The notes under the pieces: generated by a model
What the model was told of the DNA's origin: nothing
What the model saw: only the letters and a program-made list of their open reading frames with translations
Database searches by the model: none
From: Octopus sinensis
Lineage: Eukaryota
NCBI RefSeq assembly: GCF_006345805.1
Contig: NC_043013.1
Location: 50,034,001-50,098,000 of the forward strand
Reading direction: 5' to 3'
DNA: 64,000 nucleotides
Shown here: piece after piece, positions 12,107-25,000 of the stretch
Layout: each line of letters opens with the position of its first letter
How positions within the stretch are numbered: position 1 is the first letter of the stretch
Translations under genes and position numbers: made by a program

Positions 12107-15100
12107 TTCCAGTAACAATACAAGCTTAATGATATTTCTGGATTGTAAATTTTCTAAAATGAATATTGTAAAATTTGGTAGTTTTAGTTTTGTAATTGCA
12201 TAAGAAATGATGATCAAATTTAACTCAGAAATAGCTTACATTGTAGTTTTATTTGTTTTTTTTTGTAGGTGATTTTGACTTGCCATCCAATAGAGAAGCT
12301 GTTGATTCTGACAGTTTGTGGAACCAGTGGCTCAGTAGTGAGATACCATCACTATTTTTAGATGCTCTGGAAAAATTCAAGGTAAGGTTCCAGATTTTGG
12401 ATGCAAAATATATTTTCTGTATTTCTTATTAATTCTATTAAGTGGCTTATATCCTGCACACTATCATCAATCCCCCCCCCCGTGCACACACACTTACTTT
12501 ATCATTCTATTATTAAAATGTTAAATATTCTGCTTTCTCTTTTCTAGGCTCATCCACACTTCACTTCACCTGTGATGGCAGTTGCTTCTTATTTACAATT
12601 TGTACCTGAGGAGGACGAAGTGCTTGACTTCTTTAGACCAATTGCAACACACATTCAGAAAAAGCTGAAAAGTAAACCATGCATTCCTTGTCAACCATTA
12701 ACAGAAGGTAAGGATTGTTTTGTGTCCTGACAAAATGTAGTGGTGGTAGTGGCCACCACTGTTGCCTAATCACATACTCCTAGACTTGGTCTGTTCTGGC
12801 CCAGCGATAGTCTGTTATGTAATTGGGAACAGCAAACAGATATCTGACTGCTCCATCTGATAAAGCCATTCTGTATGGTTTGTTTAGTACCATGGTTTCT
12901 TGAGCTTTTCCTAATTAGATGCAAAGTTACATTTTGTAATAGCTGGGAATATAGTCAGTTGAATTGGTACCAGTGCGTTGCTGGTACTTATAGTCAATAG
13001 TGAAAGAATGAAAGACCAAGTCATGAATTGAACATCATCATCATCATCATCATTTAGTGTCCGCTTTCCATGCTAGCATGGGTTGGACGGTTCAACTGGG
13101 GTCTGTGAAGCCAGAAGGCTGCATCAGGCCCAGTCTGATCTGGCAGTTTTCTACGGCTGGATGCCCTCCCTAACGCCAACCACTCCGTGAGTGTAGTGGG
13201 TGCTTTTTACGTGCCACCCGCACAGGTGCCAGACGGAGCTAGCAAACGGTCACGAACGGATGGTGCTTTTACGTGCCACCGGCGAGGCTGGCAACGGACA
13301 TGAACGGATGGTACTTTTACGTGCCAAATACTTCTATGCATTTGGATTAGTTTACACTGTGTTCTACTATAATACTGCTCCAGAATGGTTTAAGCCTGAT
13401 CTAAAATGAGATAAATAGTTCAGATTAAGATAAACAGAAATAAAACAGGTATGGTATATTGTGCAAAATCTTGTCCATTAAAGGAAGAGTTGTCTTTGCT
13501 GTACTTTCTGAAAAACAGTTTGATGTGATTTGACATTAATTTTTTTCTAGGATTTTCCTAGAAATTACTGACTTGAGTTTCTGACAAATATATTATTTGA
13601 GCTATTGTTTTTTTTTTTTTTGATTGATACTCTTCCTGATGCTCATACTTACCTGTTCTACAAATAAGGGGTCTTTTATTTTACATGGCTTCGAAGGCCT
13701 GAAGTGGCCGGATGATTTGTTGACTGGAGAAACTCACAATAAAACCCACCACACTTTCATACAAGCTGTTGTTTACAACAGATATCTATACACACACACA
13801 CCACATGCATACACACACTCGTGTAGACAAGTCTTGGATTTGTGTAGGGCTGTAGTAGAAGACACTTTCCTAAGGTGCTATGCAGTGGGACTGAACCCAA
13901 TGCCACTTGGTTGGGAAGTGAACTTCTCAACTGCACAACTATATACCCATAATAGATATATTTTCTTTTTTACGTCTTATATATTGTGTTTTTAGGTGGC
14001 AACATTCAATGGAAAATTCCTTCTCAGACACTTCTTGGTCAAGACTCACTGACAATGAAAGTGGCTCCTCCACAAAAACTTCAAGAGATTTTAAACCTAT
14101 GTTATTTGCATCCAGATCTTGCCAACATACTTAATATAAGTACTACTAACAGTCTGGGTATTGAGAAAATAAAAACAGCCCACCTGTTGAAGATTGGAGA
14201 AGGTTTAGCCAGTGACTTTTATAACAGCACAACAGGTGAGTATTTCCACTTCAAAATTTAAAAGCAGAGACATTTGTATGCTGAAATATTTCCCCTGGGT
14301 TTACCCTTTAGTGTTCACATTATTCTGCCAAAATTAATGCTTTTTTATCCACATTGTTTTGAACTAATCATGCATTATCTTGGAGCTATGAGATTTTGAT
14401 GAGGTAGCTGTTAATTTTTAAGATGATATTGTAGGGTTGGTGTGAGAGACCAGATCTGGTCAGTTTGAACATAAAACAGGCAGAATACTTTTGGCCGGAT
14501 ACGGCTGGTTTAAATGCTAAAGGGTTAACAATGAGTTATTATTTGCAATAAAATAAAATAATTTAGTTTCAATGATAAAATTACTGGTGTTTGTGTGCTC
14601 AAGCACTTTTAGTATGAACTTATTCTTATTGTGTATACCAGTTTTTGACTGTTAAATGTTTTCTAAGTCTTTCCTTTGATTTTTTGTTGATGTTAGTAAA
14701 AGTGTCTGGCAACTTGTCATGCATGAGTTAGAGATTTCTTTTTCAACTTGTATATAAATTTTTGTTCATTCAAACATAGAGATTTATAAATTTTTCTGTG
14801 TTCAGGATCATGTGCATGGAGGTGGAGTGGCCTTGGTGTCTGATATCCTACCTTTTCTTCTTCTTCAGCCCAATATTTTTTGTCAAAATAAAAAAATACC
14901 CTTTAATAGAGTACATGCTACTAGCATTTGTTTTACTGTATCTGATTCCATTATCATCATCATCATCGTTTAACATCTGCCTTCCATGCTAGCATGGGTT
15001 GGACGATTTTGACTGAGGGCTGGCGAGCCAGATGGCTGCACCAGGCTCCAATCTTGATCTGGCAGAGTTTCTACAGCTGGATGTGCTTCCTAACGCCAAC

Positions 15101-18100
15101 CACTCCAAGAGTGTAGTGGGTGCTTTTTACACTCTCGGAGTGGTTGGCGTTTAATATATGTATATTATTAAACTCCAAGCAGTCATCAATGTGAAAATAC
15201 AAAACTTAATGATTTAAAAATTAATACATAATTAATTAAATAAAAACATTTTAAAAATGAAATCCTCATTATCATCATCATTTAACATCCGTTGTCAATG
15301 CTGGCATGGGTTGGATGGTTTGACCAGGGCTGGCAAGTTGGAAGGCTGCACCAGACTCCAGTCTATTTTGGCCTGGTTTCTACTGCTGGATGCTCTTCCA
15401 ATCACTCCAAGAGTGTAATGAGTGCTTTTATATGTCACCAGCACTGGTGCCATTTGTGTGACACCAGTGCCTGCCACGACTGCACTTTTACTTGGCTTGA
15501 TGGGTCTTCTCAAGCATAATGCCAACTGGACTTGGTCATTGCCTCCGTGAGGCCCAGCACTCAAAAGGTGCTTTTACGTGCCACCTACAATGGATGCCAT
15601 TGGCATGACACCAGTATCTGTCACGAATATGGATTTTTAAAACCAGGACAATATTTATAAAAAATAAATAAACAGGAGTGGCTGTGTGGTAAGTAGCTTG
15701 CTAACCAACAGCATGGTTCTGGGTTCAGTCCCACTGCGTGGCACCTTGGGCAAGTGTCTTCTGCTATAGCCCCGGGCCGACCAATGCCTTGTGAGTGGAT
15801 TTGGTAGACGGAAACTGAAAGAAGCCTGTCGTATATATGTATATATATGTGTGTGTGTGTGTGTGTTTGTCCCCCCAGCATTGCTTGACAACCGATGCTG
15901 GTGTGTTTACATCCCCGTCACTTAGCGGTTCGGCAAAAGAGACTGATAGAATAAGTACTGGGCTTACAAAGAATAAGTCCCAGGGTCGATTTGCTCGACT
16001 AAAGGCGGTGCTCCAGCATGGCCGCAGTCAAATGACTGAAACAAGTAAAAGAGTAAAAGAGTATAACTAGCTTATTTAAGATAAACTGATGCAATTTTTT
16101 CACAAATATGACAAGTGCAGTAGATTCTTCTGCTGTAGATACCCCCCCCTTACATACCCTCACTATATTTAGCCTATTGTCTACGTTACAAATCATTATT
16201 ATTGTACAGAAGCACACGTACAAAGCACCCACTACACTCTTGGAGTGGTTGGTGTTAGGAAGGGCATCCAGCTGTAGAAACTCTGCCAGATCAAGATTGG
16301 AGCCTGGTGCAGCCATCTGGTTTGCCAGCCCTCAGTCAAAACCATCCAACCCATGCTAGCATGGAAAGCGGATGTTAAACGATGATGATGATGATGATGA
16401 AGAGGACTGGAGGAATGAATGTCGCAGAGAATTACATTAAGTAGCTGGAAACGAAGCTTTACAGCATGTCTATTTTAGCAACGAGAGAAGTAGAAAGGAA
16501 GAGGTTTTGCCAATGTTCTACGGCATTAGGGACACATTGCACACCTTGCTGAGAACAGATTGCACTCCTATTTCCTTGCTGACTTGTAGGAAAAGCATCC
16601 ACCATAGAATTTCTTCCTCCAACAATATGCTAATGTTCACATTTAGAAACCTTTTCCTATAAGCAACCATACAAAGTGGTTTAACCCTTTTTGTTACCAT
16701 ATTTCTGTTGAGATGCTCTGTGTTTCTTTCAATTAATTTTAAATATAACAAACAATTTAATAAAATAACTTAGTTATCATTAAGCTAGTGTTAGGAACAT
16801 AAATTGTGACTAAGGTTTGGTGGAAGATTTTATTTCAGGATTTTTGAAAACAAGACATTTTGTACAACAGAGCCAGAGGCAGTTTCAGCTGGGTTAGTAT
16901 CAAAAGGGTTAAAATAGTAAAAACATTGAAAATACAACTACCTAATTTTTTCATATTTTGTGTAATAATTGGAACCATTTTGTGTTCAGTTAACAGTGAG
17001 CAGATTGCACAAATTGCTCGGTGGTTTGCCTGTGTCTATCGCAGCTTGGATGAAATGGGTAACAATGAAGATATCTTTGCAAAACTCTCAGAGATCCGGA
17101 TAATTCCTCTGAGTTCTTCCATTTTAACAACCCTCAGAAGTGAAACAGTTTTCCTTCCAATGGATTCCTACAAACATCCTGTACAGAAACGGAATGGTGA
17201 GTAGTCATTAAAATGTTTATTCTTATGGTTAATTTAGCAAAAACCAAAGTGTGTGTGTGTGCATAGTTGGAGTTATGTACAAATATATTTATATTTGTTT
17301 ATATTATAGACGCAGGAGTGGCTGTGTGGTAAGTAGCTTGCTTACCAACCACATGGTTCCGGGTTCAGTCCCACTGCGTGACACCTTGGGCAAGTGTCTT
17401 CTACTATAGCCTCGGGCCGACCAAAGCCTTGTGAGTGGATTTGGTAGACGGAAACTGAAAGAAGCCCGTCGTATATATGTATATATGTGTGCATGTGTGT
17501 TTGTGTGTGTTTGTGTGTCTGTGTGTATATGTTTTATGTATATAAATTTGTTAGTAGCATGTATGTGTGTATATACAGGCACAAGTGACTGCATGTGTAT
17601 GTGTATATTTTTGAATATCACTATCATCAACATCATCATTTTTATAACATATCAAGTGCTAAGAAGTTCATTAATGAAGGATTGTATAATTCTGTCAATA
17701 TTCATGGCGTTGACGTACATGTGAAGTCTTAGAAATTCATCTTGCAACACATGTTCATTTTATACATCGATTGTGTTTCAAATTGTGATGTCCGTGAGTG
17801 TGAATGAACAATAATAATTTTATTTTATCAAATATGTTGCATATATTGTATGTATTGCATAACTTTATATATATACTAGCAGTATCGCCCGGCGTTGCTT
17901 GGGTTTGTAAGGGAAATAACAATATAAGCATTTTTAGAGAGTTAATACCAAAAAAATGCATTAAAAATGGAAAAAAAATGATGGTAATTTTTTTTTAAAT
18001 CGTTGACTCATCGTAGACATTTTTAGAGAGTTACTTCCCTTATATAATAGCGAAAAAATGCATTAAAATGGAAAAAAATGATTGTAAATATTTTTTAAAA

Positions 18101-19646
18101 TCGTAGACTCATCGTAGATGCGCGCTAATACCCAGAAGGGCTCGATATGAATCACGACTATAAGATATCCGGTTTTGGTTAAACTGCACCGCAAAATGTG
18201 GGAGTAGTTAGGAATCTAAATCGTAGGAGACAGACTGCACACAACCTCACTTTTATATATAAAGATATGGAATAAAAACATTTTGTTTCATGAAATGGAT
18301 GCAACATCAATTTGAATTTCTCTTTTCCTCGTTAGCATTATTATATATAGTTCATAATTCAAAACCATTTAGAACAGTTGTTCACAAATAAATTTGCTGG
18401 TATGCACTAATCTTTATTAAGCAATAGTTAAAATATATCTGTGCACATTTTATATTTATTATGTTTGTGTATACGTGCTATGACATCTGCCTCAGAAGAC
18501 AACTTCTTACAGAAAACACCACTGACCCATGTGAAGAACCATTGAGCTGGGCTATGAATGATATCTATTTCTTCACTACCCACAAGGGGCTAAACACAGA
18601 GAGGACAAACAAGGACAGAAAAACGGATTAAGTCGATTATATCGATCCCATTGCGTAACTGGTACTTAATTTATCGACCCCGAAAGGATGAAAGGCAAAG
18701 TCAACCTCGGCGGAATTGGAACTCAGAACGTAGCGACGGGCGAAATACCTATTTCTTTACTACCTACAAGGGGCTAAACACAGAGAGGACAAACAAGGAC
18801 AGAAAAACGGATTAAGTCGATTATATCGATCCCATTGCGTAACTGGCACTTAATTTATTGACCCCGAAAGGATGAAAGGCAAAGTCAACCTCGGCGGAGT
18901 TTGAACTCAGAACGTAGCGGCAGACGAAATTCGGCTACGCATTTCGCCGGGCGTGCTAACGTTTCTGACGTATTTCTCTATGGTAATTCTTCACCTTTTG
19001 CAGCAGCAAAGTTTCTACATTTGAATGTGCACAAACGTGTTAAATATAAATGTGTACATTTATATATGTGTGTACATGTATGTATACACACTGGCATACA
19101 CACACACACACACACACACACACATTTACATATGTACATACATGCATGCATATTCATAATGTTACTTGAGTTTTCATGTTATCTCCGCCATCCCACCTTC
19201 TTTTTTTTTCAGATAAATTCTTGCCTCTCTGGAACGACTTAAGAACTGTTCACTCAGAATTGTTCTGCACCGATGACCCCGAAATCAACATACAAGTGCA
19301 TAAGCTCATCCTGCAGATGGGTGTGCAACCATTACAGTCTGACAATATTATCAATCATCATATTTTGCCAATTTTGCAGTCTGAAGATTGGAAGGTTTGT
19401 CTATCTGATTCCTACTCAGTATTAATCCTTATCAACATTGCTAATAATATTTAATCTATTTTCATTGGCTGTTTCCTATTTTCAGGAGTGGCTGTGTGGT
19501 AAGTAGCTTGTTTACCAACCACATGGTTCCGGGTTCAGTCCCACTGCGTGGCACCTTGGGCAAGTGTCTTCTACTATAGCCTCCGGCCAACCCCAAGCCT
19601 TGTGAGTGGATTTGGTAGATGGAAACTGAAAGAAGCCCGTCGTATT

Positions 19647-19682
<36 letters not shown>

Positions 19683-21977
19683 TGTGTGTTTGTGTGTCTG
19701 TGTTTGTCCCCCCAACACCGCTTGACAACCGATGCTGGTGTGTTTATGTCCCTGTTACTTAGCGGTTCGGCAAAAGAGACCAATAGAATAAGTACTGGGC
19801 TTACAAAAGAATAAGTCCCGGGGTCGATTTGCTCGATTAAAGACAGTGCTCCAGCATGGCCGCAGTCAAATGACTGAAACAAGTAAAAGAGTAAAAGAGA
19901 GTCTCTAGCCAAGTCATATATTTGCTTTTCTATTTTCTTACTTTGATAAGTATAAGTTCAATTTATTATCATCACTTTCCTCCTTTTGTCTCTTATCGTC
20001 CCATTTATGTGGCTTCAAAATGTGCCAGGTGTTTAAGAATAGTTAACACAAAGGACTCCATGAAATGAAGTTTTCTAAAGGCTTAAAGTTTCAAAACTCC
20101 CTCAATACTACTCCTCCTTCCAGTCAGGAGTATTTGCCTTGCAAGTTACTTGGTGGCCCCACTGGTGCAAATGCCATGTAAAAAAACACCCCATGTACTC
20201 TAAAATGGTTTGTTTTAGGGAGGTCATCCAGCCGTAGAAACCATGCCAAAGTGGACAATGGACACTGGTGCAGCTTCTTGGCATGGAAAACGGATGGATG
20301 GATGTTGGTGGGAGTGGAATTGTTGTTGTTGCCACTGCTGTTGCTGCATACATACACTGATGACACAGGTGGTAGTTCCCCATATATTTGCATTTTGGTT
20401 GGATGGCGCTTCCACGAGAGATTTTGAGCTCTCGTAAGGAAGAAAGCTTTTCTTTGGAATCAAAATAATTGAAGACTTTGAAAAGGTTGTTGGTTTATTT
20501 CCTTTATTATAGTCCATCAGGTATTTGTAGAAAAGTGGACTTTTCTCGATGAGGACCAGGATCTTATCTGGGCGTGGTGTCTTCTTGTTTCTTGACCTTG
20601 TCAGAGATTTTTGTGACCCTCTTCTATGATAAGTCAGCTGGCCTGGATCTGCTTTGTGGTTGAAGAAAAGATCATTGAAAAGTTCAGTGTTGCATAACTA
20701 TTTTACCAAAAATCAATGTGAAGTGTTGAAACCAGATATCCAGATACTGATCCATGAATTCCTCTTTAGTGCAGATTATTTAGGAAGCTTTCTATTTGAT
20801 AAGTTTCTGTTGAGCTTCCCAGGCAGCAGGAGGCTTGTACTCACTATAGAAGTTGTCCTGTCTCATTATATGTTTCATCAAATGCAGTTTTAACTGAACT
20901 GAGGTCCCTTTTAGTATTGCCAGTAGACCTAGATGGCTGCTTCTTTGTTGCTATATTAATTTCCCCTCTGGTTCCTTTTAGCTTCTCATTAGAAACAAAG
21001 GTTAATATCTTTTCTGTGGTTAGGTGTAATGCAGCACAACTGTTCTTGTCCTCAAGCTTGTCACAAAAAATGATGGACCCAGTGTGTAGTACTGAAATTG
21101 TAAATTCCTTGCAAAAGCTAACATCATCTGCTACTTTTCTCCAGTCAATTTGACTCATAAGATCTCTTGTTGAAACTTTGTTCTCACAGTAACTTATGCA
21201 GCATTTGCATGAAACCATTCTCTGATCAGATTTAACTCAACCGAAGGAGTTGTATGTATGTGAATTTTTGATGCTATTAATCCACTTTTTTCCAGCTAGG
21301 ATGTTGTCCATTGAGCCTTGCTGCCACAGAGATGAGAATATATTCGGTGTCTTTTTCCGTATCTGTGGGTCTGCAATTTTATAGTAACAACACTGTACCG
21401 TTCCATAAAGCTCTTTATGTGTTAGCCATTTCTGTTGGTATTTTTGTGGAAAGTGAAGAGTGAATTGGTAAGCACTAATTGAGCATCAAGATCTTCACCA
21501 ATTAAGAGACAGTTGTGTACTGAGACTGCATCAATTAGGACAGATGGTTCTTGATGGGATTGCCAAATTTCTATTTCTGGTAGTTCATTGGGTGAGATGT
21601 AGCAGCAGACGATAGTAGTTAGTGAGTTTCCCAACAGGGTAACTCGCATGACATGCTCAGTACATTTCATGATATTATTAACTTTAGGTACTTCCAACCA
21701 TGAATATTACGTTAATAATTACAACATTATAATTTTCCCCCTGGTCATTCTTTTATATAATTTTTTGTAAAATTTTAGCTTTGAGAAAATGCATCAACAT
21801 TAATTAAAACAATTGTGCAGCTTCACTTTTGTATCTGGTTTGCAAGATTCTTTATGTGAATTTGTGTGTTGAAACAAATTTTGTTTTGTGTAAGGGTAGA
21901 GAGTCATATTGTCTTAATGCCTTATTATCTAACACACCAGTTTGATTGCCACTCATTATTCTTATTTTTTATATTTA

Positions 21978-22017
<40 letters not shown>

Positions 22018-25000
22018 GTAAAAATCACCCACTACACTCACGGAGTGGTTGGCGTTAGGAAGGGCATCCAGCTGTAGAAACACTGCCAGATCTGACTGGG
22101 CCTGATGAAGCCTTCTGGCTTCACAGACCCCAGTTGAACCGTCCAACCCATGATAGCATGGAAAGCGGACACTAAACGATGATGATGATATAAAACAAAT
22201 GAGTGGAAATCAAACCAGTGAGTGTGTTAGATAATAAGGCATTACGACAATATGACTCTTCCCAGACACAGCATAATTGTACAACTGCAACATATTTAGT
22301 TATATAAAATTGTATTTACTCTTTTGTAACATTGAATCCCTTTTTTTAATTGAATTTTTGTCTTTCCCCATCTAACCTGTGAGCTATTTATTACTTTGTG
22401 TCTGTGTGTCCACGTGTATCAGTCAATGTATTTATTTATTTATTTGTTTATTTATTCAGTTGAAGAGTGAATCAGTTTTGGTGAACTATGTGATGTTCAT
22501 GAAATACCAGTATGACAGAGATCCAAATTCCTTTGTCTTTTCTGGCTTGTCTTCTGTTGTTCCCCTGAAGACAAACAAAGGTATGCTCTGTCCAGACCAA
22601 GTTGCCATTCATTTTACTCCATCTTATGGCAATAAGATCAACTTAAGTAAAGAACTTCCAGGTAAGAACTTTTGCTTCGCTACATCATAATTGTCATCCA
22701 TTATCTTTGCAACCACCAGTTCTGCATTTGTTTCCTGGAGTTTCACAAATCTAAAATACAGTCATCTAAAATTCACACAGTCTACCCGTACTAGGTTTTT
22801 CTAAGTTGTTTACTATGATATCTTCCTTTATCGACTCAATTTTTTTTTTCCTCAGCTTGCATCATTTTTATAACACTGGTATTTTTCTTGCATACATCTA
22901 GAGAAACTGTTGGTGACAAGTTACTCAAGGGTTGAGGGGATACAGCTCTGTGCTGAAGAAGTTCACTTTGCAACCCCTTCTTTTTATGTTACTCCCATTG
23001 TACAGAACCTTGGGCAAGTCAACCAAAGTCAAGAATTAAAAGACAGACTGTAAAAACTCATTAGATAGACTGAACCTATTCTTTACTCTTACTCTTTTAC
23101 TTGTTTCAGTCATTTGACTGTGGCCATGCTGGAGCACCGCCTTTAGTCGAGCAAATCGACCCCGGGACTTATTCTTTGTAAGCCCAGTACTTATTCTATC
23201 GGTCTCTTTTGCCGAACTGCTAAGTGACGGGGACGTAAACACACCAGCATCGGTTGTCAAGCAATGCTAGGGGGACAAATACAGACACACAAACATATAC
23301 ACACACACTTATATATATATATACATATATATGACAGGCTTCTTTCAGCTTCCGTCTACCAAATCCACTCACAAGGCTTTGGTCGGCCTGGGGCTATAGC
23401 AGAAGACACTTGCCCAAGATGCCACGCAGTGGGACTGAACCCGGAACTATGTGGTTAGTAAGCAAGCTACTTACCACACAGCCATTCCTGCGCCTTGAAC
23501 AATAAACCTGATAAATTGTCCACTTTAACACAAATACCTAGCCATTATCTTTTTTTTACTGGAATCTACTCTGTTGTAATCTAGACTAAGATTCCAGTCT
23601 GTGGATAACTTCTTTTGTTTCTCCCACCAGCCTCAATGTTCTTTCATCTATGTCATTGGTGCTGCTCTTCCTCCTCTCAGCATCATCATCATTTAATGTC
23701 TGTTTTCTCCACTGGCATGGGTTGGATGGTTTGATTGAAAACTGGTAAGCCAGGGATCTGTACCAGGTTCCGATCTGATTTGGCAAGGTTTCTACAGCTG
23801 GATGCCCTTCCTAATGCCAACCACTCCGAGAGTGTAGTGATTGTTTTTGCATGGCACTGGCATGGGTACCATTGACCCGATACCAATATCAGCCATGACT
23901 ATGGTCTCACTTGGCTTGACAAGTCTATACAAGCAGAATGTCATCAAAGTTCTTGGTCACCTGTCACTACCTCCATTAGACCCAATGCTCGAATAGTGCT
24001 TTTTATGTGCTCCCAGCACAGGTGCCAGTCAGAGTTCATGAAGACCATCAGCACAGGTGATGAGACATGGGTTTGTGGTCTCTGCTCGATGCATTATCTT
24101 GCGTGAAAATGAAAATCCAGTGAGTACGCATTACATGTCTGTATTCTAGGTGGAACACCTGGGAACCGATTCTGTCAACCAATGCAAAAATTTTCATGCA
24201 TGCATGGGAAGGGTGGCATCTTGTATGCCTGATTCAGTCTGTGTATATGTATACTCTTTTACTCTTTGACTTGTCTCAGTCATGTGACTGTGGCCATGCT
24301 GGAGCACCGCCTTTAATCGATCAAATCGACCCCAGGACTTATTCTTTGTAAGCCTAGTACTTATTTTATCGGTCTGTTTTTTGCCGAACCGCTAAGTTAC
24401 GGGGACGTAAACACACCAGCATTGGTTGTCAAGCGATGTTGGGGGGACAAACATAGACACACAAACACGCACATACATACATATATATGACGGGCTTCTT
24501 TCAGTTTCCGTCTACCAAATCCACTCACAAGGCTTTGGTCGGCCTGAGGCTAGTAGAAGACACTTACCCAAGGTTCCACGCAGTGGGCCTGAACCCGGAA
24601 CCATGTGGTTCGTAAGCAAGCTACTTACCACACAGCCACTCCTACGCGTATGTTTATGTTGTATAAATAAATGCATATCATTTTAGCTACATTTGCACAA
24701 TCCCATAAATATACATATGTCTGTCTGACCTCTCAATGTAAGCAGTTTCGTCTCTAAATATATTTCTTTTGTAGGTTATGATTGGGTCCTTCTTACTGAT
24801 GTTTACTTGCAAGGAGCCACTCAGAAATCTGAAAAACTATCCTGGCATGAATTTTTCGGCAAACTGAAGGTCACTGACTTGCTCAGCATCACAGAGACCA
24901 CAATAAAGATCAATCAGGACAATAAAGTCAGTGGTATTTCTCTTTATTTGTTTGTTTGTTTGATTAGAAAGTCCATAGGAAAATTTGCTTAGTTAACTGG

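Noticed and set aside
14806-14850. Candidate exon after tttttctgtgttcag
   Set aside because: The required phase hits a stop (GV*) and no strong donor precedes it.
22101-22135. CTGATGA followed by a stem as a hammerhead
   Set aside because: No GAAA or stem III follows; it is a point variant of the RTE UTR. The same applies to CTGATGA at ~42800 and ~49502, which lie in exons.
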